Positions 1 to 12,738 of a stretch of DNA of 64,000 nt are shown here, piece after piece; position 1 is the first letter of the stretch; the number at the start of each line of letters is the position of its first letter. The translations under genes were made by a program, and so were the position numbers. The DNA is from Squalus acanthias (Eukaryota). The stretch spans positions 67,146,001-67,210,000 of the forward strand of contig CM059441.1 in the NCBI GenBank assembly GCA_030390025.1. Direction: 5' to 3'. The notes under the pieces are model-generated. The model was not told where the DNA came from. It saw only the letters and a list, made by a program, of their open reading frames with translations, and did not search any database.

Positions 1-430
1 TGTTTGTGTAGTCCCACCTCATTGGGAGAACCTCTCTCACCAATGACAGATCGCTTCTGTAACCTCACCTGCCGCTGCCATCTGTTCTAGCCTAAGGAGG
101 GAGTCACTGGAGAGCCTGGGTGCAAGGGCTCACCTTTGTACGGTGATCGTCAGTGTTTGCAGCACCTCAATGCTGTCAAACACTGAAAAATCAGCTGTCA
201 AAAAAAATTGGGCATGGCCCCTTTAAGAAAACCGGCAGATGACGCGTCATCAACTGACGTCATTTGATACCAGCTTTCTCTTAATTGGCCGGCAAGCCCA
301 CAGGGCGGGCTTAACAAGGCCAATTGACGCAAAATCACGTCCGTTGGCCAGATGCAGTTGGGGTTGCGACTGGAACCCTGAAGGCAGCTGTCCCACCCCC
401 AAGCCGCATCGAGAGGAAAAATCACGGCCC
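1..430. mobile_element. Right part of a second copy of the same Harbinger-type MITE
   Basis: Aligns by eye with about 2062-2458; ends GAAAAATCACGGCCC. Confidence 0.7.
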
Positions 431-875
431 AAGTCTCCATCTGCCCTCTCAGGTGGATGTAAAAGATCCCATGGCACTATTTGAAGGAGAGTTGGGGAGT
501 TGTCCTGGCCAATATTTATCCCTCAATCAACATCACAAAAACAGATTCTCTGGTCATTAATATCTACATCTACCCTTCATAGTTTTAAACACCTCTATCA
601 AATCACCCCTTAATCTGCTCGGTTCAAATATTAACAGTCCCAATTTTTTTACATTTGTATTTCCTCGTGCCACGCAGCAACCAAGTGGATCTGTGCTGTC
701 CCCTCTTTATTACCTCATAAAATTTACAACACAGAAACAGGCCATTCGGTGTTTATTCTCCACTCGAGCCTTACTTCAACTCACCCCATCAATATATCCT
801 TCTATTCCTTTCTCCCTCATGTACTTACCTAGCTTCCCCTTAAACGCAACATCCTTCCTTTAGTCTGAAGCCCAA

Positions 876-1219
876 AACATAGAAAAATAGGAGTAGGAGT
901 AGGCCATTCGGCCCTTCGAGCATGCTCCGCCATTCAATATGATCATGGCTGATCCTCTATCTCAATTCCATATTTCCGCTCTCTCCCCATACTCCTTGAT
1001 GCCTTTTGTGTCTAGAAATCTATCTATCTCCTTAAATATATTCAGTGACTTGGCCTCCACAGCCTTCTGTGCTAGAGAATTCCACAGGTTCACCACCCTC
1101 TGAGTGAAGAAATTTCTCCTCATCTCAGTCCTAAATGTCCTACCCCGTATCCTGAGACTGTGACCCCTCATTCTAGACCCCCCAGCCAGGGGAAACATCC
1201 TCCCTGCATCCAGTTTGTT
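876..1219 (-). mobile_element. CR1 LINE 3' fragment
   Basis: RGHSLRIRGRTFRTEMRRNFFTQRVVNLWNSL plus CR1 3' UTR. Confidence 0.9.
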
Positions 1220-1398
1220 CGTAGTACTTCAACTCTGGTCTTAGAGGCTTTATATGAATTCACCTCACTAATCTATCTTCACTTTTACATTTCACACCTC
1301 TTGCCATAAAGCCCAGCATTCCATTAGCTTTCGTTACGGCCTTATCTACCTGAGGTGCTGCTTTTAACGACCTGTGGATCCTGAACCCCCAGGTTATT

Positions 1399-2530
1399 GA
1401 TTCACAGGATGTGGGTGTCGCTGGCAAGGCCAGCATTTATTGCCCATCCCTAATTGCCCTTGAGAGGGTGGTGGCTTGCTAGGCCATTTCAGAGGGCAGT
1501 TAAGAGTCAACCACATTGCTGTGGGTCTGGAGTCACATATAGGCCAGACCGGGTAAGGACGGCAGATTTCCTTCCCTAAAGGACATTAGTGAAATTTAAT
1601 TAACTGAATTTAAATTCCCCAGCTGCCGTGGTGGGATTTGAACTCATGGGCTGGATTTTACCAGCCCTGAGGAAGCAGGACTGCTGGGAAAGTCGAAAAT
1701 AATGGGAGCGGGTCCCGAACCCGCTCCCAACCCGCCTCCAACCAATCTTCCCAGGAGTCAGGTCCCCGATTTGGGCAGGGACCCGACTCCTAGCGGCGGG
1801 AAGAGGATTATAGCCACTTAACTGTCTTAAGAGGCTTTTTCCCCATTTTGCGACTTCTGCTGTGGGCTTCCCGACATCGGGGAACCCCGCCAGGGTAAGT
1901 GAGGCGCGCTGTGGGTCTGTTGTACTGTTGGTATACAGATGACAGCTGCAGAAGTGGTGTGAAGCATGCAATGGGATACTGGTGAGTATCAGAGGTAAGG
2001 AAATGTTGGGAAAGTCATTTTTAAAGTGTTTAGATTTTTCTGTAGGTGACAAGCTTTGAAGTGTTTGTGTGGCCTCAACTCAATGGGAGAAATGACAGAT
2101 GGCTTCTGTATCCTCACCTGCAGCTACCATCTGCTTGATCCCAAGGAGAGAGTCATTGGAGAGCCTGGGTACAAGGGCTCACCTCTGTACAGTGATTGTC
2201 AGTGTTTGACAGCACCTCAATGCTGTCACTGTCAAATCATCTGTCAAAAATTTATGGTTCATGTGCCTTTAAGAAAACCGGCAGATGAAGCGTGATCAAC
2301 TGACGTTATCTGACACTGGCTTTCCCTTAATTGGCGGGCTTAACAACGCCAATCAGGGGAAAATAGCGTCTGTGCGTCAGACGTCACTGGGAGCGGGACT
2401 AGAACCCCGAAGACAGCAGTCCCGCCCCCAACTCGTCTCGGTGAGTAAAATCCAGCACCATGTCTCCGGATCATTAGTCCAGGCCTCTGGATCACTAGCC
2501 CAGTAACATTACCACTCTGCTACCGTACCC
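1399..2530 (-). mobile_element. tRNA-derived SINE family B, split by the Harbinger MITE
   Basis: A/B-box head about 2530-2462 and 1647-1620; body and tail match 45007-45485; 3' tail shared with the LINE at 3553-4572. Confidence 0.75.
1648..2458. mobile_element. PIF/Harbinger-type non-autonomous DNA transposon (811 bp)
   Basis: Terminal inverted repeats (TIRs) GGGCTGGATTTTAC...GTAAAATCCAGCAC (13 of 14 match); 3-bp TSD CAT; splits a SINE. Confidence 0.75.
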
Positions 2531-2695
2531 AAAGCTTTGCGCCATTCAAAGTATAATAGTTACTTTTATCTTTTTAAACCAAAATGTACCACAACATTTT
2601 TAGTGACGTTGACTTCCATCTGCCATCTTTTTCCTCATTCCACCATCACATCTGTGTATTTTGATCCTCAGAATTCGTTGCCTCCTATTGTATTG

Positions 2696-2841
2696 CAATG
2701 TCCCCCGTAAGCCGCGCTGCCTCCTGCGCGGCCCATTCAAATTTCTGCGCACGCGCGGTATCTACAATGAAAAAGCCGGTGAGCGGCTTGCGCGGGACCT
2801 TCGAGATGACTGCACGGCTGCGCAGCTCAGCGGGAAGATTG
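2696..2841. mobile_element. About 145-bp CpG-rich MITE, probably hAT-type (copy 1, opposite orientation to copies 2 and 3)
   Basis: TIR CAATGTCCCCCGTAAG...CTCAGCGGGAAGATTG; internal homology to 38521 and 43555; no clear TSD. Confidence 0.65.
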
Positions 2842-3552
2842 CGCTACTCCCTCTAGATCTATATCCAAACCATAAATGTACACAAGTGAACAGAAGCTGT
2901 CCCAGAACCGAACCCTGTTGGACATTGTTCCTCACTGCCAACCACTCTTGAGAAACTGCCCTTAACTCATACTTTTTCCCTTCCTTGTAACCAGTTTGAT
3001 ACCCTCCCCCTAATTCCATAGTCCCTTAACCTTCTCTAATAATCTCCTGTGTGGTACCGTGCCAAAGGCTTTCTGAAAGTCCATGTTGACCACATCAACT
3101 GCATTTCCCCATCCGCCATGTCTATTAGATTTGTCAAGCGCAAGCTTGCTTTCTGAAATCCGATCTTGGCTTCTTCTAATTATTTTCTCTGTCTCGCTAT
3201 TTAGTTCCGTCTCTCGTTTTGACAACGGGTAGTACATTGGCCACCCTCCAGCCCACTCTCAATAGAATCCTGAATTATAATTTCTGCCTCCGCTATTTAT
3301 TCCCTCAGGTATCTTGGATGTATAACCTCAGGTCCCAGCAATTTTTCCATTCTTTAACTGAACAGAAACAGGCCATTTGGCCCAACCAGTCCATGCCGGC
3401 GTTTATGCTCCACCCCAGCTGCCTCCCATCCTTCCTCAACTAACTATCAGAATAACCTTCTATTCCTTTCTCCATCATGCGCTTATCTAGCTTCCCCTTA
3501 AATGCATTTATATTATTCGCCTCAACTACTTCCTGTGGTAGCAAGTTCCATC

Positions 3553-4572
3553 TCAGCCACAGGACATCGCTGCCTGGAGTTCCTCAGGGCAGTGTCCTAG
3601 GCCCACCCATCTTCAGCTGCTTCATCAATGACCTTCCCTCCATCACAAGGTCAGAAATGGGGATGTTCGCTGATGATTGCACAGTGTTGAGTTCCATTCG
3701 CAACTCCTCAGATAATGAAGCAGTCTATGCCCGCATGCAGCAAGACCTGGATGACATTCAAGCTTGGGCTGATAAGTGGCAAGTAACATACGTACCACAA
3801 AAGTGCCAGGCAATGACTATATCCAACAAGCGAGAGTTTAACCACCGCCCCTTGACATTCAAAGTCATTACCATCGCCGAATCCCCCATCAACATCATCC
3901 CGGGGGTCACCGTTGACCAGAAACTTAACTGGACCAGCCACATAAATACTGTGACAACAAGAGCAGGTCAGAGGCTGGGTATTCTGCGGCGAGTGTCTCA
4001 CCTTCTGACTCCCCAAAGCCTTTCCACTATCGACAAGGCACAAGTAAGGAGTGTGATGGAATACTCTCCACTTGCCTGGATGAGTGCAGCTCCAACAACA
4101 CTCAAGAAGCTCGACACCATCCAGGACAAAGCAGCCTGCTTGATTGGCACCCCATCCACCACCTTAAACATTCACTCCCTCCACCACCGGTGTACCGTAG
4201 CTGCAGTGTGTACCATCTACAAGATGCACTGCAGCAACTCGCCAAGGCTTCTTCGGCAGCACCTCCCAAACCCGCGACCTCTTCCACCTAGAAGGACAAG
4301 GGCAGCAGGCGCATGGGAACACCACCACCTCCAAGTTCCCCTCCAAGTCACACACCATCCTGACTTGGAAATATATCGCCGATCCTTCATTGTCACTGGG
4401 GCAAAATCCTGGAACTCACTCCCTAACAGCACTTTGGGAGCACCTTCCCCACAGGGACTGCAGCGATTTAAGGTGGCAGCTCACCACCACCTTCTCAAGG
4501 GCAATTAGCGAAGGGCAATAAATGCTGGCATTGCCAGCGACGCCCACATCTCAGGAACGAATTTAAAAAAAA
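3553..4572 (+). mobile_element. Non-LTR LINE (CR1/L2 group), 3' part with open RT frame
   Basis: GVPQGSVLGP, MFADD, WNSLP in ORF 3477-4508; tail GCAATAAATGCTGGC...GCCAGCGACGCCCACATC and oligo-A. Confidence 0.9.
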
Positions 4573-4814
4573 TTCCACACTCTGCAGATCACATATTCCC
4601 TCTTCTTCAATTTTAGTTTGTTTCCAACCTCTATTTATCCACAGAATTTTGAAACTTCAAGTAGCCTCCATTTAAGAAAAATACAAAATTGATTAATTCT
4701 GCAACTTCACAATTGCTTTTTTTTTAATATCCCATTGTTGATCAACAATTCTTTGGGCCATTTTCTCTTCCTACCTCCACTCTTCTCGCTCACTCCTCCT
4801 CTTTCTAAAATCAT

Positions 4815-5010
4815 TGTCAGCCGTAGCTCACTGGGTAGCACTCTCGCCTCTGAGTCAGAAGGTTGTGGGTTCAAGTCCCCATCCAGAGACCGGAGCACAA
4901 AATCTAGGCTGATACTCCAGTGCAGTACTGAGGGTATGCTGCACTGTCGGAGGTGCCGTCTTTCAGATGAGACATTAAACTGAGGCTCCGTCTGCCCTCT
5001 CAGGTGGATG
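4815..5010 (+). mobile_element. DeuSINE (SacSINE1-like), 5' part
   Basis: tRNA-like A/B boxes followed by CTGTCGGAGGTGCCGTCTTTCAGATGAGAC. Confidence 0.8.
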
Positions 5011-5039
5011 CCAGGTGGCTGAGTACACCAGCATCAAGA

Positions 5040-7940
5040 TACATAAGAACATAAGAAATAAGAGGAGTAGGCCATACGGCCCCTCGAGCCTGCTCCATCA
5101 TTCAATAAGATCATGGCTGATCATCGACCTCAACTCCAATTTCCCGCTCGATCTTCATATCCCTCGATTCCCCTAGAGTCCAAAAATCTATCAATCTCAG
5201 CCTTGAATATACTCAACGACTCAGCATGCACAGCCCTCTGGGGCAGAGAATTCCAAAGATTCACAACCCTCTGAGTGAAGAAATTCCTCCTCATCTCAGT
5301 CTTAAATGGCCTACCCCTTATCCTGAGACTATGCCCCCTAGTTCTAGAGACTCCAGCCAGAGGAAACAACCTCACAGCATCTACCTTGTCAATCCCCTTC
5401 AGAATCTTGTATGTTTCAATGAGATCACCTCTCATTCTTCTAAACTCCAGAGAGTATAGGCCCATTCTACACAATCTCTCATCATAGGACAGCCCTCTCA
5501 TCCCAGGAATCAATCTAGTGAACCTTCGCTGCACCGCCTCCAAGGCAAGTATATCCTTCCTTAGATAAGGAGACCAAAACTGTGCACAGTACTCCAGGTG
5601 TGGTCTCACCAAGGCCCTGTACAATTGTAGCAAGACTTCCTTACTCTTATACTCCAACCCCCTTGCAATAAAGGCCAACATGCCATTTGCCTTCCTTATT
5701 GCTTGCTGTACCTGCATGTTAGCTTTCTGTGTTTCTTGCACGAGGACACCCAAATCTCTCTGAACACCAACATTTGAAAGTTTCTCACCATTTAAAAAAT
5801 ATTGTTTTTCTATTCTTCCTACCAAAGTGAATAACCTCACATTTCCCTACATTATACTTCATCTGCCACCTTACTACCCACTCACTTAGTCTATCTATAT
5901 CCCTTTGCAGACTCTTTGTGTTCTCCTCACAGCTTACTGTCCCACCTAGCTTTGTATCATCAGCAAACTTGGATACTTTACACTCGGTCCCTTCATCTAG
6001 GTCATTAATATAAATTGTAAATAGCTGAGGCCCCAACATTGATCCTTGGGGCACTCCACTAGTTACAGCCTGCCAACCTGAAAAAGATCCGTTTATCCCT
6101 ACTCTCTGTTTTCTGTCTGTTAACCAATCCTCTATCTATGCTACTATATTAACTCCAACCCCATGAGCCCTAATCTTGTGTAATAATCTTTTATGTGGCA
6201 CCTTATCGAATGCCTTTTGGAAATTCAAATATACTATATCCACTGGTTCCCCTTTATCTACCCTGCTAGTTACATCCTCAAAAAATTCTAATAAATTTGT
6301 CAAACACTATTTCCCTTTCATAAAACCATGTTGACTCTGCCTAATCATGTTATGATTTTCTAAGTGCCCTGATACCACGTCCTTAACAATGGAATCCAGA
6401 ATTTTCCAGACGACTGATGTCAGGCTAACTGGCCTGTAGTTCCCTGTTTTCTCTCCCTCCTTTCTTGAATAGCGGTGTTACATTTGCGACCTTCCAATCT
6501 GCTGGTACCATTCTAGAATCTCGGGAATTTTGGAAGATCAAAACCAAAGCATCCACTATCTCTGCAGTCACCTCCTTTAGAACCCTAGGATGTAGACCGT
6601 CAGGTCCAGGGGATTTGTCGGCTTTTAGTCCCATTAGTTTCTCTAGTACTTTTTCCTCTACTTATATTAATTACGTTAAGTTCCTCACCCTCATTAGACC
6701 CTTGGTTCCCCACCATTTTTGGTATGCTTTTTGTGTCTTCTACTGTGAAGATAGATACAAAATATTTGTTTAACGTTTCTGCCATTTCCTTATTCCCCAT
6801 AATAATTTCTCCTGTCTCAGCCTCTAAGGGACTAACGTTTACTTTTGCTACTCTTTTCCTTTTTACATACTTGTAGAAACTCTTACAATCTGCTTTTATA
6901 TTTCTTGCTAGTTTTCTCATTCTTTATTTTTCCCTTTTTATCAATTTTTTGGTCAATCTTTGCTGGTTTCTGAAACTCTCCCAATCCTCAGACTTACTAT
7001 TATTCTTTGCAACATTATAAGCTTCTTCTTTCAATCTAATGCTATCCTTAACTTTAGTTAGCCACGGTTGGATCACTTTTCCCGTGGAGTTTTTATTTCT
7101 CAATGGAATGTATTTTTGTTGAGAATTATGAAATATTTCTTTAAATGCTAGCCACTGCTTATCTACCGCCATACCTTTTAATCTATTTTTCCAATCTACC
7201 TTAGCCAACTCGCCCCTCATACCTATGTAATTGGCTTTATTTAAGTTTAAGACTCTAGTTTCGGACAGGCAAGTCACTCTCAAAATTAATGTGAAATTCT
7301 ACCATATTATGATCACTCTGCCCCAGAGGACACTTTACTCGGAGATTGCTAATGAACCCTGTCTCATTGTACAATACAAGATCTAAAATAGCCTATTCCC
7401 TGGTTGGTTCCATGACATATTGTTCGAGGAAACTGTCCCGAATGCATTCCATGAACTCGTCCTCCGGACTACCTTTGCCAATTTGATTTGTCCAGTCTAT
7501 ATGAAGATTAAAGTCCCCCAAGATTATTGCATTACCTTTGTTGCAAGCTCCTACTATTTCTTGATTAATATTCTGTCCAATGGTATAGCTACTGTTAAGG
7601 GGCCTATATACTACTCCTACCAGTGTTTTCTGCCCCTTGTTATTCCTCATCTCCACCCATACTGATTCAACTTCCTGATCTTCTGAGCCGAGATCCTTTC
7701 TCGCTACTGTCCTCACGCCATCCTTTATTATCAGGGCTACTCCCCCTCCTTTTCCATTCTACCTGTCTTTTCGAAACGTTAAGTACCCTGGAACATTTAG
7801 TTCCCAACCTTGGCCACCTTGTCTCTGTAATGGCTATTAGATCAAACCTGTTTATCTCTATTTGTGCCACTAGTTTGTCTATCTTGTTACGAATGCTTCG
7901 TACATTCAGATGAAGAGCCTTTAATTTAAATTTTTACCAT
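5040..7940 (-). mobile_element. CR1 LINE, near-complete but disrupted ORF2 (AP endonuclease + RT)
   Basis: IAITET and GDFN (endonuclease), KSPGPDGLHPRVLKE, PQGSMLGP, KFADD, RPHLEYC, in several frames; TTCTTATG tail. Confidence 0.95.
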
Positions 7941-8619
7941 TATTCCCAGCATGCACAAATATACAAGGCACTCCCCCAACATTGTCAGTCAAAATACCTT
8001 GGCAGAGGTATTAACTCATGCACTAGATTCTATAGTGCATTAGAGTCCAGCTGTATGACATCCTCAATGGTGCTGTTCCACAGGATGTTGAATGGTGGTT
8101 CCATGCTCCGAATTGTCACATTGAAAGTTCCTGATTTTGGTCACACCATTAATGGACAGCACTGAGGTTAGGTGCTTCTTCTGTGGGAGTGAGGGAAAAA
8201 TCAAGAACGCTAGTTCAGCCGCAAGATACTCGTGTTTTTCCCACTGTAATTTTATTGCTGCTTCCTCTGTCTCTGCTGCTTTCCCTATTGTGTCAGAAGC
8301 AAATATGGCAACTGTCCCATCTGTTTTGATGTCCGTGTCATTAATAGGACATAGATTAGAATCACCAGAGTCCACAAATTGACCACTTCAGGACCTCCTC
8401 CCACTCTGACACACGATTTCGAATGCACGGCCTGATAGGGTGGTGGCTACAGATTCAATAGTAACCGTCAAAAGGGAATTGGATAAATACTTGAAGAAGA
8501 AAAAATTGCAGGGATATGGGGAAAGACTAACTGGATTGCTCTTCAAAAGAGCCGGCACAGACTCGATAGGCCAAATGGCCTCCTCCTGCGCTGTACTATT
8601 CTATGAACATATAAAACGT

Positions 8620-9990
8620 CGGACAGGAAATGACCAGCTCGCCCAACTAGCCTATCCCATACAGTTGTGATGCCTTATGCATCACATCAAGAGACTCCCT
8701 ATCCCCATGGTGCCATATAGTGTCTTGAGAGAGGCAAAAAAGAAATTCAAAAAGCCACAGCTAATTAGGATAAAAAAAAATCTGGAAAATTCCTCTCCAA
8801 TCCCTCCAGATGACCAAAACTAGTTCGAGACCCCACATCGACCATGACTTATATTATTTGGTACCTACCTCTTTTAAGATGTGATCTTCGTCCCAGCCAG
8901 GAACTGGTTCAGCTCTCTCTTTAAGGTATACAATGAATCAGCAGACCCACGCAGGCCAGCAACTTGTTCCATAGGTCTCCTATTCTCTGGGAAAAGCAGA
9001 ACTGCCTAACATCTAACCTATTTCTTCCCTTGCGTAATTTATAGGCATGAACCCGGGTCCTCCCCAAACTATCCAATTGAAATAATTTGTCATGTGTGCG
9101 CACAATCTAGTCCCTTCATTACTTTATAGACCTCAATCAAATTGCCCGAGTCTACGCTTCTCTTAAGTATAGAGACCCAGGTCTTTAAACCGATCTGGGT
9201 AGCAAAAGAAAGATTTGCATTTATATAGCGCCTTTCACTGGATTTCCCCAAGGTGCTTTACAATCAATGAAATACTTTTTGGAAGCGTAGTCACTGTTGT
9301 AATGTAGGAAAAGCAGGAGCCAATTTGTGCACAGCAAGCTCCCACAAACAGCAATGTGATAATGACCAGAAAATCTGTTTTTAGTGATGTTGATTGAGGG
9401 ATAAATATTGGTTAGGACACTGGGGATAACTCCCCTGCTCTTCTTCAAAATAGTGCCATGGGATCTTTTATGTTCACCTGAGAGCAGATAGGGCCTGGGT
9501 TTAACGTCTCATCCGAAAGACAGCACTTCAGACAGTGCAGCACTCCCTCAGCACTGCACTGGAGTGCCAGCCTAGCTTTTTGTGCTCAACTCTCTGGAGT
9601 GGGACTTGAACCCACGGCCTTCTGACTCAGAGGCGAGGGTGCCACCCACTGAGCCACTGGCTGACACGGTGGTGCTTTAAACTGGGAATCATTCTCGTGG
9701 CCCTCCTCTGAGCCTTTCCCAAAGACTCAACATCATCCAGCATGCGAGGGGACCAAAACTGGACAGGGTTTTCTAAATGAGGCCGAACCAAGGTCTTATA
9801 CAAGAACAAAATGATATGTTGCATTTTGTGATGGATAGTCATGTGAATGCAAGTCCAGTGCTCCATTTGCTTTAGCTATAACGTTGTGGCATTGGTCATG
9901 AATCTTTAGTGAGTTATGAACCATGAAAGCAAGATTTTTTCTTTCCCCACATACTTTAGTTCTGCCCCTTGTAAGGTGTAAAGGTGCTTA
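8620..9990 (-). mobile_element. Older CR1-type fragment with nested DeuSINE (about 9210-9665)
   Basis: LYKTLVRPHLENPVQFWSP (9627-9866) and HAYKLRKGRNRLDVRQFCFSQRIGDLWNKL (8921-9103); SINE between them. Confidence 0.75.
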
Positions 9991-10029
9991 TGCAATCAAC
10001 TTTGAATCCAATCCCACACACACACTGCG

Positions 10030-10320
10030 GGGGAGACTAAAACTAGGGGCTCCAAATATAAGATAATCCAATAGGGATTTCAGGAGAAACTTCTTTACCC
10101 AGAGAGTGGCTAGAATGTGAAACTCACTACCACAAGGAGTAGTTGAGGCGAATAGTATAGATGCGTTTAAGGGGAAGCTAGATAAACACTGAGGGAGAAA
10201 GGAATAGAAGGATATGCGGATAGGGTGAGCGGAAAAGGGGCGAGAGGACTCGTGTGGAGCATAACCACCAGCCCGGGCCAGTTGGGCTTGTTTCTGTGCC
10301 GTACGTTCTATGTAACTGTA
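10030..10320 (+). mobile_element. CR1 3' fragment
   Basis: AACTAGGGGC...GAGAAACTTCTTTACCCAGAGAGTGG and 3' UTR. Confidence 0.75.
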
Positions 10321-11749
10321 TTCCTGTGGCGTTTGGTTTAATTAGGAGTCTGTTGTGTGGGACGTTGTGAAAAGCTTTCTAACTGTCCAGATTAACAGTG
10401 CAAGCAATGATGCTGAAGCAGATAAACTCTAAATGGGCCCTGGGTTAGGGAGGGGGAAAATCGGTTCGGGTTCCTGCTCCTGCTCACTAATTCAAGACCA
10501 CTGCTGGAAATGCAACCGAGTATCAAGTGCAGTATAAATGTTGGCTTCTCAATACGCTGAGGCGCTGGCTTAGGGGTTCCTGACATTTCGGACTTCTCCA
10601 GATTTGAACAAAAACGTTAATACACAGCAGCTGACCTACTATAAAAGGTTAAGGATGGTCCTTTACTAACTGTGGAAACAGAGTGATTTTCAAACCAACA
10701 GTCTCCCTCACGGCAACGCTATCGCTTGTGAGATACAAGAGAGATTGCATAGAGCTCCATCATTCTTAAGAGAAACCAGAAAGCACCCTCTAACCACACT
10801 CCTCATTTTCTTCTGGCTCCCACAGACGGTGTTACAGGGGACGTCACAGAGAGGCTTTATTGTGTGAGCAATGTTGTGGTGCGTATTCAACAGCCAACTG
10901 GAATCATAAAAAAAATCCTGACTGCAGCATACATCATCATTATACTGCTCCTGGGATTCAGGAAGCTGCTCTCTCTCATTACTTCTTGTTCCAGCCACAC
11001 GCAGCTCCTGTTTATTCAGCAGGCTAAGTATCGAATGAAGACTTTAATTGTTCCAGCGGACTTCCGTGGGTTGTGCACCTTCATGGTATTTTTTCTCCCC
11101 CCACCCCCCAGAGAAATTAATGCAAATAACCACATGGATTCCATTTTTTCATTAAACGTGCTAGTTTAATACTTCTAGCAGGGTCCCCTTCTGTTGAAGG
11201 GTATTCTTGACACTGCTGTGTTTGGCTTATGGTAAAACATTGCCCTTAACTTTTGAAGATGTCGGAGTGTATCGCTCTTTAAATGTTATGTAACGTTCTT
11301 CCTTCTTTTCCCCTTTCTAGCTGATTCGCGTCATGCAGCCTCCACGTTATTCCAGGTGAAGGGAGGATGGAAAAGCACAGCCCACAGCTCCCTGAATTTC
11401 ACCAGCGTTATCCTTCAATTTAACCGCCTCCCCCTTATCACTGGGTGACATGCTTTTTAGCGCAACCATTTAAAAAAAAATCTTCACCATCCATTCTCCA
11501 GTTCCCAAAGCACATTCAGTAAGTGCCGAGAATGACCTCTGCACAACAGGTAGCTGATATCAAGTAAACAAGAATTCTCAAAAACATCAAATTTCCCCCC
11601 CATCCAATTTTAGGGCCTCCTACGCTCGATCGAGAAGGCAGACAAGCAAACTACGCCCAATCCTCAACTGCTAAACCAGCCGCAAGGCCGGAAAACACTA
11701 CCTTCTGGGAAACTCACCCTGCACTTTCCCCCAATGAGTTTGGGATCTT

Positions 11750-11886
11750 ATACAAAAGCAAAATACTGCGGATGCTGAAAATCGGAAATAAAAACAGAAA
11801 ATGCTGGAAATACTCAGCAGGTCAGGCAGCAACTGTGGAGAGAGAAACAGAGTTAATGTTTCAGGTCGACGACCCTTCGTCAAAAC
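11750..11886 (-). mobile_element. Short PLE 3'-end copy with mutated hammerhead core
   Basis: Matches the PLE 3' repeat; perfect 15-bp TSD TGAGTTTGGGATCTT (11735-11749 / 11887-11901). Confidence 0.85.
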
Positions 11887-12703
11887 TGAGTTTGGGATCT
11901 TGCTGTGCAGGGACAAAGCTGTATCTGATCACTCAATGACGCATCACATTGCTGCTCCGTTGCAGTTCACCTTTTGCTCAGTTGGCCTCTTCACCCAGAA
12001 AGCATTTTGATGACGTACCAATCTTTTCGCCCACTGCTCTTCCTCTCCGGAAGGTGTTGGTTTTCCTCACTGGGGTACAGTTTCAAGGCAACAATACACC
12101 CCGTGTTAGTGTTCCATCGTTGAGCTTGATATTGAGCGGCGGCAAGCTACACAACTGTTGAGGACGCCATAACCGACCCCTTTTTCCTGTCCTCAGCCCA
12201 CGTGCACGTCCAGTAGGGCATCCCCGACAGCGATTGGGAGAGGAAACCCTGGCCCATTTCAACATCGCTAACCCAAGGATACTCCAGCCGACTGCAGCAA
12301 CCCTAATGCCATCCAGGCGAGGTCAGCAAAGGTCACTACAGACTTGGGATCAAACGCGAGTCCTTCCTGGTCAAGGAGACTTTATTTCCAAGCCACCAGG
12401 GGCATAAAAATAAATTTCAGGCTGCTTTCAACTTCAAATAAACATATACAAACCCCCTCAGCAATACAAGTTCTTTTTCTGCTACCTTCAGCAAGAGATC
12501 TCCGGTTTTGCAAACGGATCAAAACGGCAATGTTTCAGGCGTCACGTGTGCCCTGACCTCGCAGCACTCTGTGCAATGTCAAAAAAAGTGCGTCAGATTT
12601 CTGGAAACAATACCATCCATTTCTAACACAAGAGACAACATCCCAAAAGGCCTCGAGGATCACACGTGGCCTCAACAACCAAGAACAAAGCTGCACTTTG
12701 CAG

Positions 12704-12738
12704 TACAAAGGCAAGATACTGCGGATGCTGGAAATCTG
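12704..12738 (-). mobile_element. 35-nt tail-only PLE insertion
   Basis: TACAAAGGCAAGATACTGCGGATGCTGGAAATCTG matches the extreme 3' tail of the copies at 11750 and 42173; CTGCACTT on both sides. Confidence 0.55.

Larger units (their letters stand above)
560..3350 (-). mobile_element. Old CR1-type LINE broken by nested insertions
   Basis: Decayed RT motifs VDVVNMDFQKAFGTVPHRRLL (3010-3237) and QQGSVLG (2762-3019); further pieces about 560-720, 1220-1395, 2530-2690. Confidence 0.6.

Noticed and set aside
8064-8382. ORFs of 103 and 81 aa in non-repeat sequence
   Set aside because: No recognisable homology or convincing splice context
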